Of a DNA stretch of 64,000 nt, positions 1 to 12,266 are shown in pieces. The translations under genes and the position numbers were made by a program. The notes beneath the pieces are model-generated. The model had not been told where the DNA came from. It saw only the letters and a program-made list of their open reading frames with translations, and made no database searches. This DNA is from Chrysomallon squamiferum (lineage: Eukaryota > Animalia > Mollusca): the NCBI GenBank assembly GCA_012295275.1, contig CM022668.1, forward strand, positions 2,170,001 to 2,234,000. The letters are read 5' to 3'. The first letter of the stretch is position 1, and the number at the start of each line of letters is the position of its first letter.

Positions 1-451
1 ATCTGGAAGTAATTAGTTATTAGTTATTATTTTTTAAATTTAAAATGTTAAATAATCAATTCACCTGGTGTCATGACATTTTCTCATACTACATTTAATT
101 TTTACATTTAATATATATTTATCTTTAATCATTAATTATTATAACCAAGTAAATTTTGAAATAGTATAATGACATTATGTTATTTTCTAAGTTTCTGTCA
201 AACACAAAAAGCCTGTTAATTTTGTTTTTAATTTTATATCATAAGGAATAAATAATAAATATAACATTCTCCTAATGTGCAACGTGTAAAAAAATAAAAG
301 TGTGAAAATCATAATAAAATAGAAAGAAAATTTAATTTTGACTTCAGAATGAAAGAATCTTTTTTAATTAAGATATACAAGACCAAAACTGTAATAGTAA
401 AAACATACAAATATTGAAAGACACCTAGACCATTGAGAATTGATTCTGTAA

Positions 452-606
452 CCAGTCACATCTCACACTATCACTGTCACTACTCCCATATCAACTATCA
501 CTGTCACTACTCCCATATCAACTATCAATGTCACTACTCACATCTCAAATACCACTGTCACTACTCACATGTTAGTCACATCTCACACTATCACTGTCAC
601 TACTGA
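452..606. repeat. Intronic minisatellite (~28-bp unit, cactatcactgtcactactc...)
   Basis: About 5 imperfect units here versus about 1 unit at ~35530-35560. Confidence 0.8.
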
Positions 607-644
607 CATGTTCACTACAACAAAAAGAAAAGTATTAAACTTAC

Positions 645-734
645 TGAAATGTACATTCCAAACAGCCCTTTCTGTGGCATCTTCATGTTCATCGCAACCT
701 GTCTGCGAAACCACGCCCGAACCCATGATGCCGT
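645..734 (-). pseudogene. Duplicate of the first coding exon of the SAM methyltransferase, start codon changed ATG>ACG
   Basis: Reads TASWVRAWFRRQVAMNMKMPQKGLFGMYIS followed by a GTAAGT donor. The homolog at 35599-35688 starts with M. The rest of this copy would lie left of the window. Confidence 0.7.
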
Positions 735-1276
735 TTTCTGAACAAAGAAAAACAGAAAAATAAGAACAACTGCACGGAGAATGAGAAGAGTGTACACTGA
801 GGCTAATAGACTCAGATCTGTTACAGCTTTTCTAGTTTTAAGTTAAACAGATTATGTTTGAACAAGGAAAACTTTTCTATGCTGGGTACTCTACTGTCAA
901 ATATATCTGTAACAGTCACATTTACATCTGAAACAGTCAGTTATATTGTCAAGTTTGTGTGTAACACAGTCTGTCGTCAAGCATGTAACAGTCTGTTGTC
1001 AATAACATGTATAGCACTGTCAGTCTGTTGTCAAGTATGTCTGTAACACTGTCAGTCTGGTATGTAATGTTTTAGCAAAATAATCAAACAAAATATAAAA
1101 CTGAGTGTAAGCAAGGAAGTTGAAATATTCTCTTCTTTATAACCATCACCACACCTACAAGTTAACATTTTATATCCTCAAACATTTCCTTGTCACAACT
1201 CACACACTGAAACATTTTAAGAATTTCTAGCTGACTTTCACCAGTGAAATTCATTATCCATGTTATTTGTGAATAG

Positions 1277-1319
<43 letters not shown>

Positions 1320-2366
1320 TTAATAGTAATAGTAATAATATATTAATATTAATAATAATAAATAAGGAATTTATTTTAGGTGTCACTTCAGAAAGGTAAA
1401 TTTTAATATTTATGTCTGACATTTTTGTGTTTTTGTTTGCAGTGACTCACATGGTACAACAAACTAAATTATTATTATCCTCCAGTTTTAAATTTTATAT
1501 TGTTTATTACTTCTACAAAGAAAAATAAGTCAATAATTTATGACAGCAACAAATTGGCAATATTCATGATTTTTCATAATACTTGTAACTTTTTGTTGCA
1601 CAATTTTATTTGTAAATTTTACAGGGAGGTGTAGAAATTGTTTAAAACTTCTCTTATATTTTTTTTATTTTTTTATTATTTTATTTTATTTTATTTTATT
1701 TTATTTTATTTTATTTTATTTTATTTTATTTTTATTTTATTTTATTTTAATTATTTTTCACTTTTTGTTGTTGGGGTTTTTTTTGTGTTTTTTTTTTCCA
1801 CTGCATTAAATGAACAGTGTAAATGAACAGTAATATACAAAATTATCTGCTTACTGTTTTGTGTTCTTAAATAACGTAATATTTATATTTTTATGATTTC
1901 TGTTTCTTTTAGTTTTTTTTGTTTTTTTTCAATGTGATGTTGACAGTTCAGTATTCGAGACCCCACGAACTGCTTTTATAGAGGGTTAATGAAATGTCAC
2001 CATTCACCTCTCTATACAGGCTTTTCATACTACACTGACTGCTTCGGTAAATTAAGAGCAAATTATTATCTGTTCAAACTGATAAGAATGTGTTTTTTTT
2101 ATTTATGCTGTGTTTGTCTAGAATGCTAAAAAGTGGAACCAGAACGTTTGTTATTATTAGCACCACGGAGAAACGATCGTTCAAGGATATATTTTCATAT
2201 TTCAACTGTAATTTAGTATTTTTCTAAATCATCTAATATAAATAGGGTTTCAACCGAAACGCAGTATTTGTTATTACCTGGAACAAAAATGTAAAGAACT
2301 AACACTTTAATAGAAACTTAGATAAATCAGTCATACAATATTAACGGTAACAACTAACATGGACCT

Positions 2367-2378
2367 CGCCATTGTTTT
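2367..2378 (-). promoter_or_regulatory. YY1-like motif (AAAACAATGGCG) near the putative non-coding first exon of the duplicated methyltransferase
   Basis: cgccattgtttt on the + strand, about 90 bp upstream of a minus-strand CAG|GTAA donor at ~2277. Conserved in the partner copy. Confidence 0.35.
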
Positions 2379-4769
2379 GATTACTTTGTAAATCTCACCC
2401 ACGCCTCGAGAACCTATATTTCGCTTTCCCTTAACTGCAATGCATTTCACAGAGAAATTATTAACCGAAGTCACGGCAATAGCAACAGTAAATACATCAT
2501 TTCGGTCACTTCAGTGTATTAGGCCAAATTATGTTTAATTTGACCGGCTATTGTACAGTTATTTTGCATGCAATCGTATGTTTATTTTAATCATATTTGC
2601 ACAATTAACCTCTCCTACTTTTACGAAGACAGAATGTTATCCTAGAGTAAAACATGTCAACTCCGCGTACTTGATTGCGCAAGATTTTCTGTTTTGTGAA
2701 CAGTGGAATACCCTTCAGATTTAGACTGTTAACTGCTTCCACCAAACATTACATGAAATAACGTCTATAACAGTGGAAAACCCTTCAGATTTATCTGTTA
2801 ACTGCTTCCACCAAACATCACATGAAATAACGTCTATAAGCCATTTCCGTTTTGAATAGTTCACATTTGGCGGGTTTAAAGCCACATTTTTTTCCCAGTC
2901 CAAAACGTTTTCACATGATGTTTATGTGCAAGAAAGCAAATTTTTCTTCCATGACATTATGTTGTGGTTCTTCTGGTTCTACATATGTGTGTATGTATGT
3001 ACGTTTATTTGTATGTGTCTATTTGTGTCTAAGTTGAAATTAAATTGATTTATACCCTTCAATTTAGTCTAGTCTTGAAATCCAGTAAGTAATTATATTA
3101 TAGTAATATATTTTCCGTGAATTTGATTTATCATCACTAGGTCAGCTCGTTGAACTAACAAGAGTATTACATTTTGTTAATGTGAAATACGTGCAGCTGT
3201 AAACTGTTTGTCACATTACAGTGTCAAATCCTTCCTGGCGTGTTTCCAGTCACTGGTCTGTCACACGTTACATTAAAAATACTTTGTTACTAACTGATAA
3301 CAGCACGAACTATTTTTGAAAACATAAAATAAAAAAAATAAAAAAATAAAAAAATAAATAAATAATAATAATAATAATAATAATAACAACAATAACAACA
3401 ATAATAATATAATAATAACAACAGTAACAATAACGATAATAATAATACAATAACAATAACACTAATAAAGATAGTGATAACAATAATAGTATTTGCTGTT
3501 AGTATTGAGTAAATTGACGGGAATATTTCTTATAGATAGACACCGTTCACCTAAATATAAAACACATACATCCATACAGACGTGTATTTTCACACACACA
3601 CGGACACACAAACACACACACAACCAGACATATTAAAGTATTTTCATAGCTACAGAACAAATACAAACAGTCTGAGATACAAAAACATCAGTTAACACCG
3701 TAACACACAGTAGTATCAGTATCAGTATCAGTATCAGTATCAATATCAGTATCAGTATCAGTATCAGTATCAGTATCAGTATCATCATCATCATTATTAA
3801 TAATAATTTTACTGTTGTTATTATTGTCACCATCATGATCATCATCATTTTACGGTTTTCATTTTAAATCATCATGGAGAGTAATTGTAGATAAAAATAT
3901 TCTGTAAATAAAATGTATTTACTTTTTACAGACAACTATTCATTATTCGTGACAACTACTTGGCTGAGTTTCTCAGTAATATTAGAACCTGTCACACTAA
4001 TCAGAGATCAGTAACTAGAGAACACTCGATAGTGTGGGAACGTCCTAGATCTACACACCCTGTCACGCGATTATAATCCACATATTTTTCTTGGAAATTC
4101 AAAATCTTTCTGTCGATATCGCTTTGCGTAGTTTGTTACGTCGTGTTGTTAAATCTGGAGACGTGAAGACTCGAACCTGCAGCAAGGTAAGTTACCTGTT
4201 AATTAAATATTTTGTAGTCTTCATGAATAAATCATTTTTATAATTTCATTTCTCGTTATGCATCAGTTCTCGTAAGCAAACATCAAATGTAGGTCACAAT
4301 ACTTATTTTTTCCTACTGAAAGACGAAACTATGCGCATATATATTGCATCAGACAAACACATATATTAGATATACATGTTTAGACAGAAACACGTACATA
4401 CATATACATACATACATACATACACACATACATACATACACACATACATACACACATACATACACACATACATACACACACACACATACATACACACATA
4501 CATTCATACATACATATATACACGCATACATAATAACATACATACACACATGCATACATACATACATACATACATATGTACTGACAGACATACATACAAA
4601 TAATACATTCATGCAGAGATAATGCCAGCCAGACAGTGTAAACATTGTTTCTTTTTTGTAAGTACATACTTATCTACTTGTACTTTTGTTGTGTGTGGTT
4701 ATCTACTTGTAATTTTGTTTTGCTGTATATATTTTTTTTCCTTCTTTTGTGTGTATATATATTCACCTT

Positions 4770-7700
4770 TGAAAACATGGCAAAACAGAATGCCAAAAAT
4801 CAAAAAGCAAGAAAACAAACCTTCTGCCAAGTTTAGTAAAGCTGATGTATGGCGTTCTGCAGTACATACATCATATCTCGCCAAATCTACTCTCCCTCTA
4901 GCCCTTTAAAGAAAACTAAAATAATTAAGTTATTTTATAAAACCGGACTTAAAATCAATATGTGACTTTTGATTTGAACCTAAACTAAAACTGGGCAGCT
5001 CAGACATAAACTTATTAATCAAGCATTATGTCAATTCCCTGAAAATTCTTAAGGCCAAAATAATCAGTTGTTTTGGTTCAGTCAGTAAGTGAGATTTGGA
5101 TAAAGCTAAATATAATATGTTAAAGTGAGGAAGAAAAAATTACAAAACAAAATTATCGGATTGTACGACATCGGATTTTTTTGTTGTTGTTTCTGGGCTA
5201 CCCCCAAAGGAATCAAAAAATAGAGTGAAGAATCGCAGCCCCCAAACTGGTACCGCCCATGCAAGTAGACCAAAACGGGCTGAGTACTCCGTGTAAACGT
5301 CCAGACTTAAAGGCTACCCGCCAATTCCTAAAACTAAGCTCAAGTTCCACGCGCCGCTCCTGAAGTTAATGAACCACTTAAATCATTCGTCCAAGCCTTA
5401 AAATCTCCCACATTTAGACTGTCTAAATTTTGTAAAGAGAGACACACTGGGTCTGATAAAACACAGTGGCGCTTGCCTGAAATTCTTAAGATTGTTGGCT
5501 CATCAAATCTATCACAGGTTAATGTACATGTGCATTGTCAAGACCAAGTGGAATGCTATCCAGGCGCCAACTTTAATCACTTTAGGACAATGGTCGTTAA
5601 CCATAAAAGCAAGTTGCAGACAGAAAACATAATCTTAAATATAGGAATAAACAGCAAGGACCAAAATCGGTCAACCAGCACAAACCAGTTAAGAAACATG
5701 ATAAATTTAGGCTAATCAAAAATCTCGTCTGAAAACAAATACATTTGGCTGCCAAAACTCTAAGGGGTATAAACCTACTATCAGTAATCCCAAACAACGA
5801 GTTTCAAATGATCCAGGATCTTATCTACTGGACCGAAGGGACGGCCAACAGAATATATATCTAAATATTGGCTAAATAACTAAAATTTAAAGTAAGTTCA
5901 GGTAAAGGTAATAACCACCATAATATAGGGTTAGGTACAAACATCGTAAATCTAACAGGAAACGATAACTTTCTCACAACCGCCGTTAAGTCAGTACTGA
6001 ACCGAGGCCTTAACTTTGTTCCCACCCCTCAACCCAAACTGGTTTAGAAGGTCTTCTCGATGACGGTTATTTTTTAACATAAGATGAAATCAGCCGATTA
6101 TTTTACAAACTCAAGTTGAGAAAAATAACCATTCACAGGAAATTCATTGGACACCTGATAACAAAATCTCTCGGTCATGGAACGACGTGCTTTCAACAAT
6201 CTATGCAAAAATCACAAAATAATAATCAAACTGGCAGACAAAGGATCAGCAACTGTTATTTTGTCAAGAGAAAATTACATCCACGAAGCCCACAGACAAC
6301 TAAATAACACGAAATATTATAAAAAATTGGACGAAGGCATTTGGCCAACCAACAAAAATAAATTCAACAGAATTGTTGTTCGTGTGCAGGAAGAGGGTCA
6401 CATAAAGAAAAAAGAGATGAACTACATAGCATCACGATTTGATTTTCAGACTAGGACATTTTATTTCCTCCCCAAAATACACAAGACAGTGGAAACATGG
6501 ACAGATATCAACACACCACCAGGTCGACCAATCATCTCTTATTGTGGATCAGAATCTTACAACATTTATTACATTGATTCTTAATACACTGATTCTTATT
6601 TAAAACCAGTTGCAAATTGACATGCTAGTTTTGTTAAAAATAAAGATGATCTTTTATCTAAAATATCTAGAACAAAAGTATCACGAAACTCCTTTTTAGT
6701 CTCCCTGGAAGCTGATTTCATGCACTCAAACATAAACATCGATGCGGGCATAGAATCAGTTGAGAGATCGTATGAAAATATCCAGATAGAGACAGACCAG
6801 CAGAAAGTATCATGAAATTACCTGAATTAAGCTAAAGGGTAAAGACTTTGAATACAACGTGGAAATGTGTCAGCAGGTTTGTGCGTGCTTCATGAGCAAG
6901 CGTTTCAGTCCAAATGTTGCCTCCATTTACATCTGAGAATGAGAAGAATCGGCTCTAAACACAGCAATCAAGAAACCATTTTTATATCTCAGATATTTAG
7001 ATGACAGTCTTATTATTTGACAACATTCTAAAGACGAATATTGGAAATATTTTCGATTATTAAATCAACAAAATGATAATATAAAACTTACGGCGACAAT
7101 ATCAGATCAAACGGTAGAATTTTGGATGTAACAATTTACAAAGGTATACAATATGAACAATCAAATTACTTAGTTTACAAAATATTTTTGTAAACACCAG
7201 ATTGAGGCTTCACGACATAATAAAATCTCAGTCTAAGTTCAACAGCGAACAAACAAAAAGTGAACATCAAATCCGAACTAACCTGGACTGCGATTCCAAA
7301 AATGTTGTGTATTTCATAAGATGCAACTTGTGTAAAAAACAGTACTTCGGCCAAACACACAATATGTTACGAGTTAGAACTGGTTGTTACAAATACGATA
7401 TTAGGCATAAAGTTGATATTGCTCTCGCCAAATACTTTAACCTACCTCGTCATATATTGGAAAATAATTTTGAAATAGAACAAACGCCATGTCTCAAGTC
7501 AATTTCTCGAGACATGAACGAGAAGCGTTTTGGATTCGCACGTTAAAAACCCTAAAACTATTTGGAATAAAAGTTGACTCGGGCAAATGTAAAGAATCTT
7601 CGACGGACACGCCCGCTGACCTGTCAGAAAGCTTGCCCGTCGCAGACGTGCTTCACAACAGCTTGCTCTGATTAGCACGTTCATTTTTTCCCATTCCATT

Positions 7701-7940
7701 CCAATGTAAAGACAGAGATAAAATAATTTAAAAAAAAACTTTGCAACCGCCGCAACGTTGACGTTGGTACAATTATGCAGGAGAATATTTTAACTTACAG
7801 ACTACTGTGAAAAATCCACTAACAGAACGTGACGTCATAGCTTACAGAAAAAACCCGAGTCTAAAAGACATTTTAGTCTCTACGCGATTTTGGAATAACA
7901 CGCCTATCAACAGGATTTACAAATTAATTCAATAAAAAGT
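4770..7940 (+). mobile_element. Decayed Penelope-like retroelement (Neptune-type RT + GIY-YIG endonuclease, upstream SGNH-like domain), copy A
   Basis: RT motifs KLADKGSATVIL, FYFLPKIHK, PPGRPIIS, RYLDD (6991-7005). GIY-YIG NLDCDSKNVVYFIRCNLCKKQYFGQT...REAFWIRTLKTL. Many stops and frameshifts, a ~220-bp deletion near 7190 relative to copy B, and AATAAA at ~7931. Ends are approximate. Confidence 0.9.
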
Positions 7941-8389
7941 ACGGAAAAGTTTTAAGACGTTTTTAAAGGATATGTCAAGTTTTACAAACATTTTGGAACT
8001 TTTTTTTTTCTTTTTATGTTTTTTATAGACTTTGAGAAAGGATATCTCCTGAATAGTGTTTAAAATAGTTTTAAATTTATTTTTCAAAGGTATTGGTTTC
8101 TAGAAGGGTATTGGTATTAACTGTCACAAAATGTTATTGAATTTTTTAGAAAGGATACATGCATAAATACATACATACATACATACATACATACACACAC
8201 ACAAGCATGTACATGAACATAAATATAAATACAAATACATCGAATACACACAATAACACAACATATATGAGCTGTTTACACGAATACACACATGTCTGTA
8301 AACTTTTACTTTCACTTTGAATTTCTTGTTAATCATTTAATATAAATTTCACTTTCAGTCTCACTGTCACAGTAAGATCAAAACAAAAC

Positions 8390-8473
8390 ATGCCGGCACC
8401 TCTACGTAAATATATTATGTTTATTATTATTGTTGTTGTTGTTCTTGTTCTTATCGTTATTACTACTATTATT

Positions 8474-8551
<78 letters not shown>

Positions 8552-11500
8552 TGCAATGATTGCTAAACTAAAATACAATTTAAGGTTGTCATGAAAACAT
8601 TTGTTGTTTAGGTGTAGTAGCTTACTATCCTGTTGGAAATACTCCACCTAAAGATTTAACAGTTGGCTGCAACGTTCCTGATGATGTCAGCTTCTTGTTG
8701 CTTGGATGTGGAGACATCCGCAACATTCTCTACACGATTTCTCTTTTACATAACAATAACATCTGTCCGCAGAACATTTCCTTTCATCTGAACGATTGGC
8801 AAACAGGTATTTTGTGTCGAGGTGTGCTCTTGCTGTACATTATCAGTGAGATTGACCCTGAGAAAGAAGAAGATATGAAGTTTATTTGGGCTGTTTGGTA
8901 TGACGCCTTCTTGTCGAAGGAGCACAGCGAAAGACTTCACAAAATACTGAGCATCCTGGTTAACATGGACTTTTCTGAGTTGTGTGTGTCCTGTGATTAC
9001 AAAACAAAGTTCTCGATGATTTCATTGTTTGTTGTCTGGCTTAATGACCTAAAAAAGCCAGCTGAGGAACTAATGAAGATAAGATATCATGCTCTGTTTG
9101 ATATGTACAAAGACCAACAAGAACTTTTTCCAGATCATTCCGCTGGAAGACTCCTGGATAGATTTACTAAGCAGAATCCCAGATTACAAAGTGGTGAACT
9201 GTTTGACTTGTGTCACCAGGAAGTAAAAGATTTCGTAGAATTAGGTGTAACAGGAATCAATCTGGGAGGGAAGACACGAGATGAAATCATCAAATGTTGC
9301 TCGGCGAACCTAACATTTTTCAGTTTCATTTATGATAAAATAACCTGCAACTTATTTCTTGCATTTGACATCGATTTATCTAGGTGAGCTGAAATACACG
9401 TAAACTATCAAAGAAAAAAGAGACAAAAACACAGACAGGTAGAGAGACGGATAGACAGACAGACAGCTGCAGATAGACAGACAGAAAAAAGACAGAGAAC
9501 AACAGGCATACACACAGAGAGACAGAAAGAATCAGACAAACAGCAACAGACAGTGTCAGACAAAAATATAGAGACACACATTAATAGAGACAGATACACG
9601 GACACAGTAATATAGAGAGACAACTTGAGACAGAAGGAAGCAGATAAAGAGACACAGAAAATATGTAATGGAGAAGCATCGAGGATGCAGAGAGACCGAC
9701 AGACATTCGTGTACAGACAAGGACAGACAGTCGTACACAGAGAGACAGAGAGGGGCAGAGACAGAGGAGAGATACACACTTAGGCAAAGATACACACTTG
9801 TGGTAAGTACATAGATGTGAATACATTAAAATACAGAGATGTGTTCATACATACATACATGTATGTCCATGTGTGTATTTGTGTGTTTGTATGTATGTAC
9901 GTATCTGTGTATGAACGGACGTATATATGTATGTTCCTTTGTATTTAGGAATAAATATTCTGTTGTTTTGAGTATTTATGACTGCACAGTACTCGATAAC
10001 GCACTGGCGCAGAGGGTCAAAGTCCAGTCTCGACCTCATAAACCCCGCCAGAGGCCGCTGACAAGTCTTGAACCCATTCATGCACACCCAGGAGTCAGAC
10101 AATGATACCATTTAGTCAGTGAAACATTGCTTGTGTGAATGCGTGCGTGCGACTGAGTGGGAGGCAGAGATAGATTAAGGTTTAGATAAAGAAAGGTTTC
10201 CGAAACAACATCTAAATAATCTGAAATTATAAATTTTACAATTTGTTCTGTTGACGTTTCTGTTCCTGTCTCTACAGTGTCAGCAAACCAAACGGTGAAG
10301 CTGACATCCAGTTCAACTCAAATATTATTCAGAGCTTGAAGGTGTACACACGTGATAATTATCACTGTATTTATTATTATTATCACAATCTGCTTCTTCT
10401 TCTTTTTTTCTTCTTCTTCTTTTTCTTTGCTTTAGCTGGAGGGTTTCTGTCCGTTGCTGGTTAAGTGTGTGTGCGTAAGTGAGTGTATGTGTGTGAGTAT
10501 ATGTATGTATGTGTGTGTGAGTGTGTTTCTGGGTTTGTGTGTGTGTGTGTGTTGTGTTTAAAATTTGTTTTTATTTTACAGATTACCACTCTGACAGAAA
10601 CTGAGAAATTTTTTCGGGTGAAATTCAAGATGGATGACAAATTCTGTTTTGGTAACTTCAGCCTCGACTACACAGACAACAACAGGAAAGACAACTTTTG
10701 TTTTAAATTTAGTCAGGGGAGGTAATGTTTAAACATAATATAACAAATAAGTATTTCTTTTATATAAATAAAAATTGGAATAACATTTACTTCTTCACGT
10801 TTAAATAAATAAATAGATGAATATATGTAAACACAAATAAACTAAAATACTGTTTAGATAATAATGACAATAATGATGGTAATGATACTAATGATGACAT
10901 GGATGATAATGATGAGGATGCTAATGATAAAAATGATGATGAATTTAATAATGAAGATAATCACAATGTGAATGCTGACAAGGATGATGATGATAATGAC
11001 AGCAATGATAGGTATTATGATGATTATGATGATGATGATGATTATTCTACAGTAAAGAACTGAGTCACTCGTGTCAACTTTCCTGTGCAGTTTTGCTGTC
11101 AGACTCTAAAGTCAAGTTACAAAGGAAAGTTGGTGAAGTGACCTGTGACCTCACCAAAGACTTACCTTTGACCTCTGGAGAAGCGATTCTGCCATTCAGA
11201 CCCCTGTTTGATGATGTAAACAAAGAACCAGACTATGAGAAGTCAGAGCAAAGTGATCAGCTTCTGTATGAAGTAAATCTACATCGAGTTTTTCCTTGTA
11301 CAGAGAGGTCGCTGGAAAACACAGCAAACATGAATGCCTGGAACATCCTCAAAGAAATTCTCTTCAGCATATTTGTTGAATACAATTCATCTCCATCTGT
11401 GAGACATTGTCTATATTTTACAACACAAATATACAATACTGTCTGTAAATCTAGAAACAACTAAATTCTTGTTTATATTTCACAACTCAGATATAAAATC

Positions 11501-12175
11501 TTGTTTATATTTCACAACTCAGATATAAAATCTTGTTTATATTTCACAATACAGATAAATCTTGTTTATACTTCAACATACAGATACAAAACATTGTTTA
11601 TAGTTCACAATACAGATATAAAACATTGTTTATAGTTCACAATACAGATATAAAACATTGTTTATAGTTCACAATACAGACATAATATTGTTTATAGTTC
11701 ACAATACATATATATAATATTGTTTATATTCACAATACAAATAGAATATTGTTTATATTTCACAACACATAAAATATTGTATAAATGTCACAAATATAAA
11801 ATAATATTTGTATTTAAAAAATCATAAGTGTAAATTTGAATGTGTCATTTTAACAACACACTGACTATTTCAGCACAAGACAATGTTGGTGATGAAAGAC
11901 ACGAATACTCCAAGTATGATCTTGTCTGTGGATTACTTCAAACCGATCCATGGACTTCCTACTCTGATTGCCAAGTGGATTGATTTTGATCAAGAAACAC
12001 ACAAAGAAAACAAGAGTGAAACTACACACACAGAGATGATGACACCCATTTTTCAGTCACGTGATCTTCCTAGAATTTACAACCTAGAGGAACTGACGAA
12101 GGTAGAATTGGCAAAGTGAATCCTTGTTCATTGTCAAACTTTCCTGTTAATAAAGTTTGAAAATAAATAAAATAT

Positions 12176-12266
<91 letters not shown>

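Larger units (their letters stand above)
1..2958. repeat. Segmental direct duplication of the methyltransferase 5' region (partner copy 35082-37820)
   Basis: Near-identical sequence in the same orientation from ctggaagt..tcacctggtg (1 vs ~35082) to ccatgacatt (~2958 vs ~37820). Differences are mainly tandem-repeat copy numbers. The copy probably continues left of the window. Confidence 0.95.

Noticed and set aside
4344-4667. His/Thr- and Cys/Val-rich ORFs (also at 31526-31914, 42361-42604, 43013-43659, 53067-53588 and similar)
   Set aside because: These are translations of (CATA)n, (GA)n, (TAAA)n, (GT)n and (TAA)n microsatellites.
10182-10216. Hammerhead-like string tttagat..aaggtttccgaaac..atctaaa
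   Set aside because: It lacks CUGANGA and sits at an arm-A deletion junction that is not conserved in arm B.
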